Virus record (IMG/VR): IMGVR_UViG_3300021326_000002 | Origin: a virus | DNA: 35,178 nucleotides | Strand: one strand, 5' to 3' | Part shown: piece after piece, positions 23,861 to 31,528 of the stretch | How positions within the stretch are numbered: position 1 is the stretch's first letter | How the letters are laid out: each line of letters opens with the position of its first letter | The notes under the pieces: generated by a model | Seen by the model: the letters and a program-made list of their open reading frames with translations, nothing else | Databases searched by the model: none | What the model was told of the DNA's origin: nothing | Translations under genes and position numbers: made by a program

Positions 23861-24280
23861 TTATTGCCCTGCTGCTTTGTCGTGCTTCTCGATCTCGGCT
23901 TTACGCCAATTCCTGATTAGGTTTTGCACGTCGTATATAAGCCGCGTCCAATGTTCAACGCGTGCGGTTTCAAGGCTATATGTGCGGTATGCAATATCAA
24001 CCATACTTAACAAAGCGTATGTTTCGGCGAGTGCCTGCGTCTGATAGCGCTTTCTTAATATGTAGTCTGTATCGTCCCGCACAAATACGGAATTAGCCAT
24101 ATTAACGCCGTTGTTGATATTCATTGCACTTTCGACAATCTTACTTGTCAAGCACCAACGGTAACGTTTAGGGAACGTCTTTTCGTTCGCGCAAATCTTC
24201 AACGTATATTCCGCAAGGTCGCGGGCTTTTGTGATAACTACAAGTTTACCCTCGCTTTGCTTTGATTTTACAACCGACAT
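23861..24280 (-). CDS. avd: Accessory variability determinant (Avd), four-helix-bundle protein (139 aa)
   Basis: Size, basic character and the FPKRYRWCLTSKIVESAMNINNGVNMAN motif. Located between the target gene and the TR. Confidence 0.8.
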   Translation of the reverse strand: MSVVKSKQSEGKLVVITKARDLAEYTLKICANEKTFPKRYRWCLTSKIVESAMNINNGVNMANSVFVRDDTDYILRKRYQTQALAETYALLSMVDIAYRTYSLETARVEHWTRLIYDVQNLIRNWRKAEIEKHDKAAGQ

Positions 24281-24292
24281 ATTAGCCTCCGT

Positions 24293-24312
24293 TCCGCCCC
24301 TATCGGGGCGGA
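24293..24312 (-). other. GC hairpin (8-bp stem, 4-nt loop) 18 nt downstream of VR1
   Basis: tccgcccc-tatc-ggggcgga; the sense-strand loop is GATA. Lies between the target stop codon and the avd RBS, with no U-tract after it. Confidence 0.7.
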
Positions 24313-24319
24313 TTTTAGT

Positions 24320-25732
24320 TTAGATGATTACACAAGCCGGGGCGACGCCGAAACTGTACGTCGCGACGTTGCTGTTGAGCGCCCCCGACGGGATGACGCT
24401 GCGGACGACGTACGCGTTGCCGACGAACGGGGAACGCAACCACCAATATTTAGCCGCCCCGGCGCGATACTTGATACGGTTAGTGTCTGCCCCCGTACCC
24501 GCTGCCGCAAGGTCTGAATAATTGGAATAGTACGCGTATGCCTTGCCCTCGCCGCCTGCGATCTCGTTACCCGTGTACGCCTCTGTACGCGAAATCAAGA
24601 ACACTTTTTCGTCGGTTTCCACCGAGCCGCCGCCGTCCGAAACGTTGTTCAGCGCGGTTACTTTCTTAACCTTACCCAGCACGGCGACGAATTCGGGGTC
24701 AACGCCAAACAAAAAGCCTGCTGTTGTTGCAGCCCAAGAGGGCGGACGATCAAACTTTGTCTGCGGCGTCCATACCGAGCCCGCCGCCTTGCTGCTGTTG
24801 ATATACTGCCGCATAGCACTTTCAACGTAGTTGTTTGAACCGTAGCGGACGCGCTGAATACTGTTGATGTTGTTAGCTGCGTCCCCTGCGGTTGTAAGCT
24901 GCCCGAGGTTAGTTCCTGTTGTGCCGGACGATACGGGCACACTTTCAATAGCTGTTGTTGCAGAGGCAGACGCCCAGCTTGATACTTTTGCGGCGCTTGC
25001 CTGCGCATTGTAGCCCCAAGAGAACGTAAGCACGCCCTTTGCTGGTACGTCCTGCGTCAGCGTAAACTGATAGCCCGTGTCTTTGTAAGTGTTATATGTT
25101 GCGTCATACGTCGGGTCTATCGTAAAATAGTAATTTCCTGCAACAAGCCCGTTTTCTGCGTAGTAGAACGCCTCGGCGGCGTCATACTGTAACTCAGCTA
25201 TGCAGTCGTGCAGCTGCAATGTCAAGCTGTGTTCAAACTGTGTGTCGCTCGGTGCGTCATGATCTATGCCGATAACGTCAAATGTCAGCTTTGCGGCGGT
25301 TTCGTGGACTATAACCGCGTCGCCGTGTGCAGGCGTTCCCGTAACGGTTATGCCGTATGCTGCAAGCTGTACGGGCGCGTCGTTGTAGTGCCATTCTGCG
25401 CCGTTGTAAACGAATTCATAGTCGCCGCCGTGTACAACGCCGACGGCTGCTATAAACGCGTCAGCGTTGACCGTAGCCGCCGTAATGCCCGCGCTGGTGT
25501 CGGGGTCTGTGTTGCCGACGGTTGCATTTATCGCGGTTTCCTTTTCGGCTATGATCTGATCGCCGATATGGAAAAAGTGCGACGCAAGCCCCGCCCTTAC
25601 GATCGCCTGCACGTCCTTAAAGCTGGTGATGTTGTAGCCGCCCGTATTGGCTGCGATCGCTGCGCACGACTTTGCGATCTGCTGCATTGTGCTGTCTTTC
25701 ACAAGGTCAATATCAATGATAGGGTCAGACAT
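24320..25732 (-). CDS. Primary DGR target: receptor-binding / tail-fibre tip protein with a C-type-lectin-like variable C-terminus (470 aa)
   Basis: Last large gene of the tail-fibre module. The C-terminus YWWLRSPFVGNAYVVRSVIPSGALNSNVATYSFGVAPACVII is encoded by VR1. Confidence 0.85.
   Translation of the reverse strand: MSDPIIDIDLVKDSTMQQIAKSCAAIAANTGGYNITSFKDVQAIVRAGLASHFFHIGDQIIAEKETAINATVGNTDPDTSAGITAATVNADAFIAAVGVVHGGDYEFVYNGAEWHYNDAPVQLAAYGITVTGTPAHGDAVIVHETAAKLTFDVIGIDHDAPSDTQFEHSLTLQLHDCIAELQYDAAEAFYYAENGLVAGNYYFTIDPTYDATYNTYKDTGYQFTLTQDVPAKGVLTFSWGYNAQASAAKVSSWASASATTAIESVPVSSGTTGTNLGQLTTAGDAANNINSIQRVRYGSNNYVESAMRQYINSSKAAGSVWTPQTKFDRPPSWAATTAGFLFGVDPEFVAVLGKVKKVTALNNVSDGGGSVETDEKVFLISRTEAYTGNEIAGGEGKAYAYYSNYSDLAAAGTGADTNRIKYRAGAAKYWWLRSPFVGNAYVVRSVIPSGALNSNVATYSFGVAPACVII
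24331..24447 (-). repeat. DGR variable repeat 1 (VR1), 117 nt
   Basis: 14 mismatches to the TR, all at TR adenines (14 of 28). The other 89 positions are identical. Confidence 0.9.
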
Positions 25733-25735
25733 TTT

Positions 25736-25939
25736 TTACTCCTCCGTTTCTGTTGTTTGATTAGGGTCATACCTCAATACTAAGCTGTTGTCAGCTTGAA
25801 TTGACAAAAGAAAATTCTTGTCGTGGAATATCGCCGCTATTGCCGAATTGGCGGCGGTCGCTGCCTCGTTCGCTGCGGTTGTTGCTATTTCCACGTTTGC
25901 CATAGTCTTTTTACATATAGCCAAAGTTTCAACGTCCAT
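25736..25939 (-). CDS. Hypothetical tail-fibre-module protein (67 aa)
   Basis: ORF tightly packed between fibre-module genes. Confidence 0.45.
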   Translation of the reverse strand: MDVETLAICKKTMANVEIATTAANEAATAANSAIAAIFHDKNFLLSIQADNSLVLRYDPNQTTETEE

Positions 25940-25951
25940 ACACGCCCTCCT

Positions 25952-26146
25952 TTACTGTTCTACCCATTCGCCCGCGTCGGCGTCGAACATATAAAGCCCG
26001 CCCGTGTCGATCTCGTAGAACGTTGAGCCGTTGCCGACGTTAAAGCCCTCGCAAGTTTCCGTCGGCTTCGTGTCGGTGGACTTGCCGCGCAATTCCAGTA
26101 TTGCCGAACCGTCGCTCGCTGTCGTCGCCTTAAATACCGTTACCAT
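25952..26146 (-). CDS. Hypothetical tail-fibre-module protein (64 aa)
   Basis: ATG with GGAGGTGG RBS. Confidence 0.5.
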   Translation of the reverse strand: MVTVFKATTASDGSAILELRGKSTDTKPTETCEGFNVGNGSTFYEIDTGGLYMFDADAGEWVEQ

Positions 26147-26160
26147 GTAACCACCTCCGA

Positions 26161-26829
26161 TTAAAGATCATATACATAAGCGTGCGGCGCGCCGTCCTTT
26201 ATCCTCAACTTGACAATGTACGTTGTGTTGGTGTCAAGGTTTTTGAGCGCAAGCCCGTCTATTGCGTCGCCTACCGCCTCGGCGGCGGCATTTGCCCGGG
26301 CGGCTGCTGTGTTTGCTGTTCCCGCCGCCGTGTTCGCCGTGCCTGCTGCCGTATTGGCATTTGCGGCGGCTGTGTTTGCTGTTCCCGCTGCCGTATTGGC
26401 TATGTCTACCGCGTCGTCAGCTTCGCGGAGCGCGGCTTCAAGTATGGTGAATTCGTCGCGGCTTTCTATCTCGGTATCAGATATTGCAGACTTTTCAATG
26501 CGTAGATAGAAAATAAAGGTCGTCAATATCTGTGTACCCTTATATAGCCCGATCTCGGCTATTGCCACGCCCGGGACGGCTAACGCCTGCGAGGTCAGTT
26601 CCGCCGTAACTGTATTGCCGCTTACTGTCGCCGCGTTGTATATGGCGGTGTTGTCGGGTTTTAGGACGCGTATTCGTGCCGTTGTGCCGCTGTCAAGCGT
26701 GTACGCTGCGCCGCTTTCAAGCAGCGTTACCGCAACATAGCGCGTTCCCTTGTCGCCCTGCTTTGCGTAGACCGTCGGCGGCGAGTTGTTCAAGGCAATA
26801 TCAAGTTTTATTTCGGTCGTTGTCTGCAT
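26161..26829 (-). CDS. BppU-N-like baseplate/fibre protein with an Ala-rich heptad repeat (222 aa)
   Basis: N-terminal IKLDIALNNSPPTVYAKQGDKGTRYVAVTLL... pattern, and ANTAAGT-type repeats at aa 144-184. Confidence 0.6.
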   Translation of the reverse strand: MQTTTEIKLDIALNNSPPTVYAKQGDKGTRYVAVTLLESGAAYTLDSGTTARIRVLKPDNTAIYNAATVSGNTVTAELTSQALAVPGVAIAEIGLYKGTQILTTFIFYLRIEKSAISDTEIESRDEFTILEAALREADDAVDIANTAAGTANTAAANANTAAGTANTAAGTANTAAARANAAAEAVGDAIDGLALKNLDTNTTYIVKLRIKDGAPHAYVYDL

Positions 26830-26830
26830 A

Positions 26831-27202
26831 TTATCCCTCCTCGATCATAAAATCAAGGGCGGCAATAAAGCTGATAGGCACGCCCGCCTCGGGTATGTCG
26901 TCAAGGCTTATCGTGACAATATCAAGGCTAACGCGTTCAAGCGCTATTTCAGTAATAGCCTTGTTTACCTTGTCAAAAAGCTGCGGCTCTTGCTCCGCGT
27001 CAACGGTTGACCTGCCGCCGCTTTCGCGGTCTATGATCTCGTTTCGCGCCGTTTCAAACGCCTGCAAAGCCTGCTTAATGGCTAACTTGTTCTTGATGAT
27101 CTTATAGGCTATCTTTGGCGGCATTACAATGTCCTTTGCCGTCGCCGCCTCCAGCCTTGCCGAAATCCGCACAAGTTCGCCGTTTGTGAATTCCTTTTCC
27201 AT
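26831..27202 (-). CDS. Hypothetical protein downstream of Tal (123 aa)
   Basis: ATG at 27202 just after the Tal stop. The longer TTG-started track ORF would overlap Tal. Confidence 0.5.
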   Translation of the reverse strand: MEKEFTNGELVRISARLEAATAKDIVMPPKIAYKIIKNKLAIKQALQAFETARNEIIDRESGGRSTVDAEQEPQLFDKVNKAITEIALERVSLDIVTISLDDIPEAGVPISFIAALDFMIEEG

Positions 27203-27203
27203 A

Positions 27204-30200
27204 TCAAACCGCCCTTTCTGCTTCAAGTGCTGTTATACGCCCCTCGAGGTGCTTGACATAAGCAAGCAGGGGCGAAATAAATTCTTCGTACCTTAACGCG
27301 TATTCGCTGCCGTCGCCACCCACGTCAACAAATGCCGCAAATTCCGACGTGTCAATGCCTGCTGCCGTCATAGCTTGCAGGACGTTTTGAGCGATAAAGC
27401 CCGTATGTGTGCGCCCCGACAAAGCTATATCGGCGTTGTATCGGAATGATACGGGGTCAATTGCCTTTATCATTTGCAAATACTTGTCCGCAAGCGGCGT
27501 TATATCCTGCTTGTGTCGGCTGTCGGACGATACCGCAACGGGGCTGCCGTTGGCGTAGATGTTCGAGCCGACGAGCTTCAAGGGGAGTTGATTCATACCT
27601 ACATATAAAGCATCGTTGTTTACCCACCTAAACGCAATTGTACCTGTGCAAGTTATGCCGTAGCCGTCGTCAACATCGACGTATCCGCCCCGTACATATA
27701 CGCTTGCGTTTTCATGCCACGTTGGCGCATAGTGATATGTTGTTCTATGGTGCTTTATGACGCCGCCGCCGTCTAAGTGTATATCGCCGCCAGCGTTGAT
27801 ATACAACGGGCAAGAGTTGACGCCAATTCCAAGCCATAAGCCCGAATTTGACACGCCCCCGTCGCTGTCGGCATATCTTAACCCGATATTGCCGCCCCAT
27901 GCAACACCTACATTATTGATAAAATTTACACTCGATCTGAATTGACCTGCAAACTTAACGCTATCAACAAAATAGTGTCTGCAATCAAACTGATCGTACC
28001 CGTCGCCGTCAAGGCTCATGTAATAATAGCCGTTAATTGTATTGTTCATGGCGCGCCCGAACATTAGTCCGTGATAATTGGTTGACGCTAAAAAGCCAGT
28101 TCGTGTTAAACTGCCTTGATGTACAGGGACAATAACTGATACTCTGCTGTTGTCGTAATAGGTTTCTATCTGTCCGCTTGTCATCTTCGTTCTATACCCT
28201 GTCGTGCCGCCCGAGGTTACACTACCCGTCATCGTAGCATTTGACATTGTAGCATTTCCGTTTGCGTCAAGCCTGAAATTGCCCGTTGTAATGATAAGCC
28301 GCCCGGCTGTTAGCGATATTGTGTCGGAGCTTTGGTTGATCTCTGATACAACGTCGCCGCTTGATACTTTAAGGCTTATATTATTAGCGTTCTGCGTGAT
28401 CTGCGTTTGCAGCTTGTTTGTAATAAGCGATAATGTTTTCTGATAGACCCACGACGAGCCGTTAGACAAGTACAAATAACCGTTATTCTGATTGAGGTAA
28501 TATTTGCCGTTATTGCTTGCGGCTGCATATCCTGCCGCGGCTGGTGTGCCGTATCCGTATAAATTCACGGTGTCGCTTGATGTGTCGTACTTGCTTTGTG
28601 CCTTACTTACGGTCGATAATATGCCGTTTTCGGAAACGCTTATGCGGCTGTCGGTTTCGGTTTTGGTGTAATAGTCGTTGCTTAACTTTGTATTAAAGCT
28701 AAGTGTCAAGCCGTTTGCGCTTGTGGTGATCGCTGTGTCGGTTTCTGTTTTGGTGTAGTAGCCGCCGAGCTTATCGTTAGTATAATCGTTAGCGTCAGTT
28801 ATAGCCCCGTCTATCAAATTCCCTGTTTCGGTCTTTGTGTAGACTTGCAGCATAATACTATTTGCGCTTGCGGTTATTTGGCTGTTCGTTTCGGTTTTAG
28901 TATAATACCCTGTCAATTTGTTGTCGGTGTAGTCGTTAGCGTCGTCTATTGCGTCGCTTACCGCGTTGCTTATCTGTGTGTTGGTCTGTGTTTTGGTGTA
29001 GACTTGCAGCATTATATTATTAGCGCTTACCGAAATTTTACTATCCGTTTCAGACTTTGTGTAATAGCCGCCTAACTGTGCGTCGGTGTAGTCGTTAGCG
29101 TCACTTACTGCGCCGTCAATCAAATTACCCGTTTCGGTCTTTGTATAGACTTGCAGCATTATATTGTCCGCCGTCTGCTGTATCAGCGTTTGCGAACGTG
29201 TTTCCGACGCGCTTATAGCGTCGGTGTAGCTGTTTGTAATGCTGCTGCGCAATTCTTCATCAGCGACGGAGAATTCTTGTTCAACGGTTTCTTGTGCGCC
29301 GCTTATGGCGTCGGTGATCTGCTGCTTAAAGCCTGCTGAAATGGCGTTAGCCTGCACGCTGTCAGCGCGTAGCAATGCGCCGTTAAGTGTACCCGCTGTT
29401 ATGAAATCGGCTACAATAGCGCCGTTCATAGTCATTGCAAGCCCGTATGTGCCATTATAACCCGTTGACGAATAGCCAAGCCCCGCCGAGTTCCAGCGCC
29501 ACACATGGACGGCGGTTTCTATGTCGGGCGTGTCCATTATCAAAATTTCCTGTGGGTGCTCTGCGGGGTGCAATACCACATAGCCGCCCGAATTGCCCGT
29601 TATAAGCGCGGTCGCTTCGTCAATAGCCTGTCGCCATTCTGCCGTAGCATTTGCAAATCCCTCGCGCACAACGGTTGCAAGGTCGTTCAACGCCTTTTCC
29701 TGTTCGAGCACGGTATCGGCAAAGCTGCTGCGTGCCTCGCCGAGTTCGACGCTTTTATATTTTTCGTTCAAGGTGTCGTAAACTGTCTTAATGACCTTTG
29801 CTTTTGTGGATATACCCAGCTTGACAAAACGTACTGTTACAACATCGCAAAGCTGTACGCGTTCGAGGGGCGCTATGTCCTTGTATTCTTCGGTTTGCCA
29901 TAAGGATATAAACGACGCTTGTATATTTACTTTGGGCGTTCCGAGTTCTTCGTGCGCCGCAATATACGCCGTTGCCTTGTTCCTTAAAGCCTGCTCGGTA
30001 ATTTCTTCGTTATCCCCGAATGTGTCCGACAAATTGATTATTGCCGCCTTTTGGTGTCCGACATTGCCCGCGATCGTAAGCGGTAATACCTTTTCTTCGA
30101 GCGTTACAACAATGTCGCTGCTTTCGGTGTTACCGTTCGCGTCGGTGGTTTCCTCGGTGTATATAGCATACGGGAATATATGTGTATAGGTTTCTGTTAT

Positions 30201-30806
30201 GTTGCGTTCCTGCTGAATGTCGGTCAAGTTCTTGCCGTATTCGATCGTAACGCCGCGATCTGCTCCCCTGTGGGCGTGCAGCTTTATAACGTAATTGTCA
30301 AATTCATATTCGCCGCCCCAAACGTCTAATACGCTCCCCTGCTGTCCGCCGAGAACGGCACGCAAGGAACACGGCTCGGCAATGTCAATGCTGTTCAGCG
30401 TCGAAATGTCACTCCACGCCGTAAAGCTGCTTTCAAATGCGCCTGCGTTTATAGCTCTGTTGATCGCTGCTTGTGCCGTGGTTGACTTTGCGGCAAGTGC
30501 AACAAGCGGTATGCCGTTAGCGTCGTATGATATATGTTCGGCGTTATACGTCACAATGCCGTCTATCGGCTTGCTATGCGCGTATATGCGGAAAAGCTGC
30601 AAGGTGCTTGTTTCGTTCGCCTTTGCCTTTATCACGTCGCCCTCGTCAATATCCGAATAGTGCAAGCCCGTTGCAGGATATTCAAACGTCATTTCGTAAG
30701 CGCCGTTACGTTCCTCGGTAACGTCACAAGATATAATATCGGTCAGAAATCCCGCGCCGTTGCGGGTGTAGTTTGTGTCGTCCTTTTTATAAAGAATTGG
30801 TATCAT
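27204..30806 (-). CDS. Tail-associated lysin-like (Tal) protein fused to a tail fibre with a C-terminal S74-type intramolecular chaperone (about 1200 aa)
   Basis: N-terminal prophage-tail motifs (NGAGFLTD...CDVTEERNGAYEMTFEYP), central roughly 50-aa repeats, and C-terminal SDSRHKQDI...FIAQNV...YALRYEEF. ATG at 30806 (ATGA overlap with Dit, GAGGTG RBS) preferred to the GTG at 30818. Confidence 0.8.
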   Translation of the reverse strand: MIPILYKKDDTNYTRNGAGFLTDIISCDVTEERNGAYEMTFEYPATGLHYSDIDEGDVIKAKANETSTLQLFRIYAHSKPIDGIVTYNAEHISYDANGIPLVALAAKSTTAQAAINRAINAGAFESSFTAWSDISTLNSIDIAEPCSLRAVLGGQQGSVLDVWGGEYEFDNYVIKLHAHRGADRGVTIEYGKNLTDIQQERNITETYTHIFPYAIYTEETTDANGNTESSDIVVTLEEKVLPLTIAGNVGHQKAAIINLSDTFGDNEEITEQALRNKATAYIAAHEELGTPKVNIQASFISLWQTEEYKDIAPLERVQLCDVVTVRFVKLGISTKAKVIKTVYDTLNEKYKSVELGEARSSFADTVLEQEKALNDLATVVREGFANATAEWRQAIDEATALITGNSGGYVVLHPAEHPQEILIMDTPDIETAVHVWRWNSAGLGYSSTGYNGTYGLAMTMNGAIVADFITAGTLNGALLRADSVQANAISAGFKQQITDAISGAQETVEQEFSVADEELRSSITNSYTDAISASETRSQTLIQQTADNIMLQVYTKTETGNLIDGAVSDANDYTDAQLGGYYTKSETDSKISVSANNIMLQVYTKTQTNTQISNAVSDAIDDANDYTDNKLTGYYTKTETNSQITASANSIMLQVYTKTETGNLIDGAITDANDYTNDKLGGYYTKTETDTAITTSANGLTLSFNTKLSNDYYTKTETDSRISVSENGILSTVSKAQSKYDTSSDTVNLYGYGTPAAAGYAAASNNGKYYLNQNNGYLYLSNGSSWVYQKTLSLITNKLQTQITQNANNISLKVSSGDVVSEINQSSDTISLTAGRLIITTGNFRLDANGNATMSNATMTGSVTSGGTTGYRTKMTSGQIETYYDNSRVSVIVPVHQGSLTRTGFLASTNYHGLMFGRAMNNTINGYYYMSLDGDGYDQFDCRHYFVDSVKFAGQFRSSVNFINNVGVAWGGNIGLRYADSDGGVSNSGLWLGIGVNSCPLYINAGGDIHLDGGGVIKHHRTTYHYAPTWHENASVYVRGGYVDVDDGYGITCTGTIAFRWVNNDALYVGMNQLPLKLVGSNIYANGSPVAVSSDSRHKQDITPLADKYLQMIKAIDPVSFRYNADIALSGRTHTGFIAQNVLQAMTAAGIDTSEFAAFVDVGGDGSEYALRYEEFISPLLAYVKHLEGRITALEAERAV

Positions 30807-31528
30807 ATCGTACACCACCTCGGCACAATTTCGGCTTTTGTCGCGTTGCCTGTTATCGTTATAGTGTTAGCCCCCGGCGCAAACGTCGGGAACGTGTCGC
30901 CCGTCATGATGTTATTAAGGGGTGTTAAGCCCTTGTATGCGTTCATGATCTCGCTGTCTATTTCCACATACCCCGAAACGCCCGTAAATGTGTTTGTAAC
31001 TGCATTTACTGATAGCGTTATATTACCGTTGCCGTATATTCTTATGTACGGCGCTGCGGTCAGCTTCTCGGGGTTATATATCTGTGTGCTTGATTGACGT
31101 ATGGTTATTGTCTTTTGTCCGTCGAATGAATAGCGGTACGGCTTGCAATTGAACGTCAAGGACATTTCGCCGTAGTTTGTGAGTTCTTCGGCAATATCGA
31201 CGCCGCCCTCTACCGCTGCATAGCGGAAATATCGCGGGTTGTAACTATCCCATAGCACATTATATCCGCCGCCGACGGATAACCAATCTTTTATACTGTC
31301 GGCAAGATCGCTGAATGTTCGCGCGTCTTTTTTCAGTAATGCAAGTTCGTAAGGTATCGAAACATTCTTGTATCGCCCGTTGTCTTGTATCAAATCGCCG
31401 TTCCGCCCGGGAACGCTAACGAATTCAAAGTCGCGCTCGGCGGCGTTGTATGTGCCTTTGCTTTTGATATACAAAGAGAATTCAAGGGAGTTTTTTCCCT
31501 TGTAGTAAAGATACGGTAATCTTTGCAT
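30803..31528 (-). CDS. Distal tail protein (Dit) (241 aa)
   Basis: Located between the tape measure and Tal. Contains VSVPGRNGDL, typical of the siphovirus tail family. Confidence 0.75.
   Translation of the reverse strand: MQRLPYLYYKGKNSLEFSLYIKSKGTYNAAERDFEFVSVPGRNGDLIQDNGRYKNVSIPYELALLKKDARTFSDLADSIKDWLSVGGGYNVLWDSYNPRYFRYAAVEGGVDIAEELTNYGEMSLTFNCKPYRYSFDGQKTITIRQSSTQIYNPEKLTAAPYIRIYGNGNITLSVNAVTNTFTGVSGYVEIDSEIMNAYKGLTPLNNIMTGDTFPTFAPGANTITITGNATKAEIVPRWCTI

Larger units (their letters stand above)
22519..25732 (-). mobile_element. Diversity-generating retroelement cassette: target/VR1, hairpin, avd, TR, spacer, RT
   Basis: TR/VR pair with adenine-only mismatches, an Avd-like four-helix protein, and a YMDD reverse transcriptase, all co-directional. 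Confidence 0.9.

Noticed and set aside
11192-24447. Three copies of a ~100-nt repeat (11192-11287, 23729-23845, 24331-24447), considered as a CRISPR array, IS ends or a simple duplication
   Set aside because: There are only three copies and the spacing is irregular. Two are in-frame gene ends. All differences are confined to adenines of one copy. That pattern fits DGR TR/VR relationships, not CRISPR repeats or transposon ends.
1187-25008. Same-strand alternative-frame ORFs nested inside larger genes (1187-1441, 2195-2383, 3143-3340, 8916-9125, 12383-12592, 13330-13620, 14957-15253, 21063-21290, 21373-21573, 24328-24510, 24658-25008)
   Set aside because: Each is fully or largely embedded in a longer ORF with a clear functional assignment or better start context. 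There is no independent evidence for overlapping genes.
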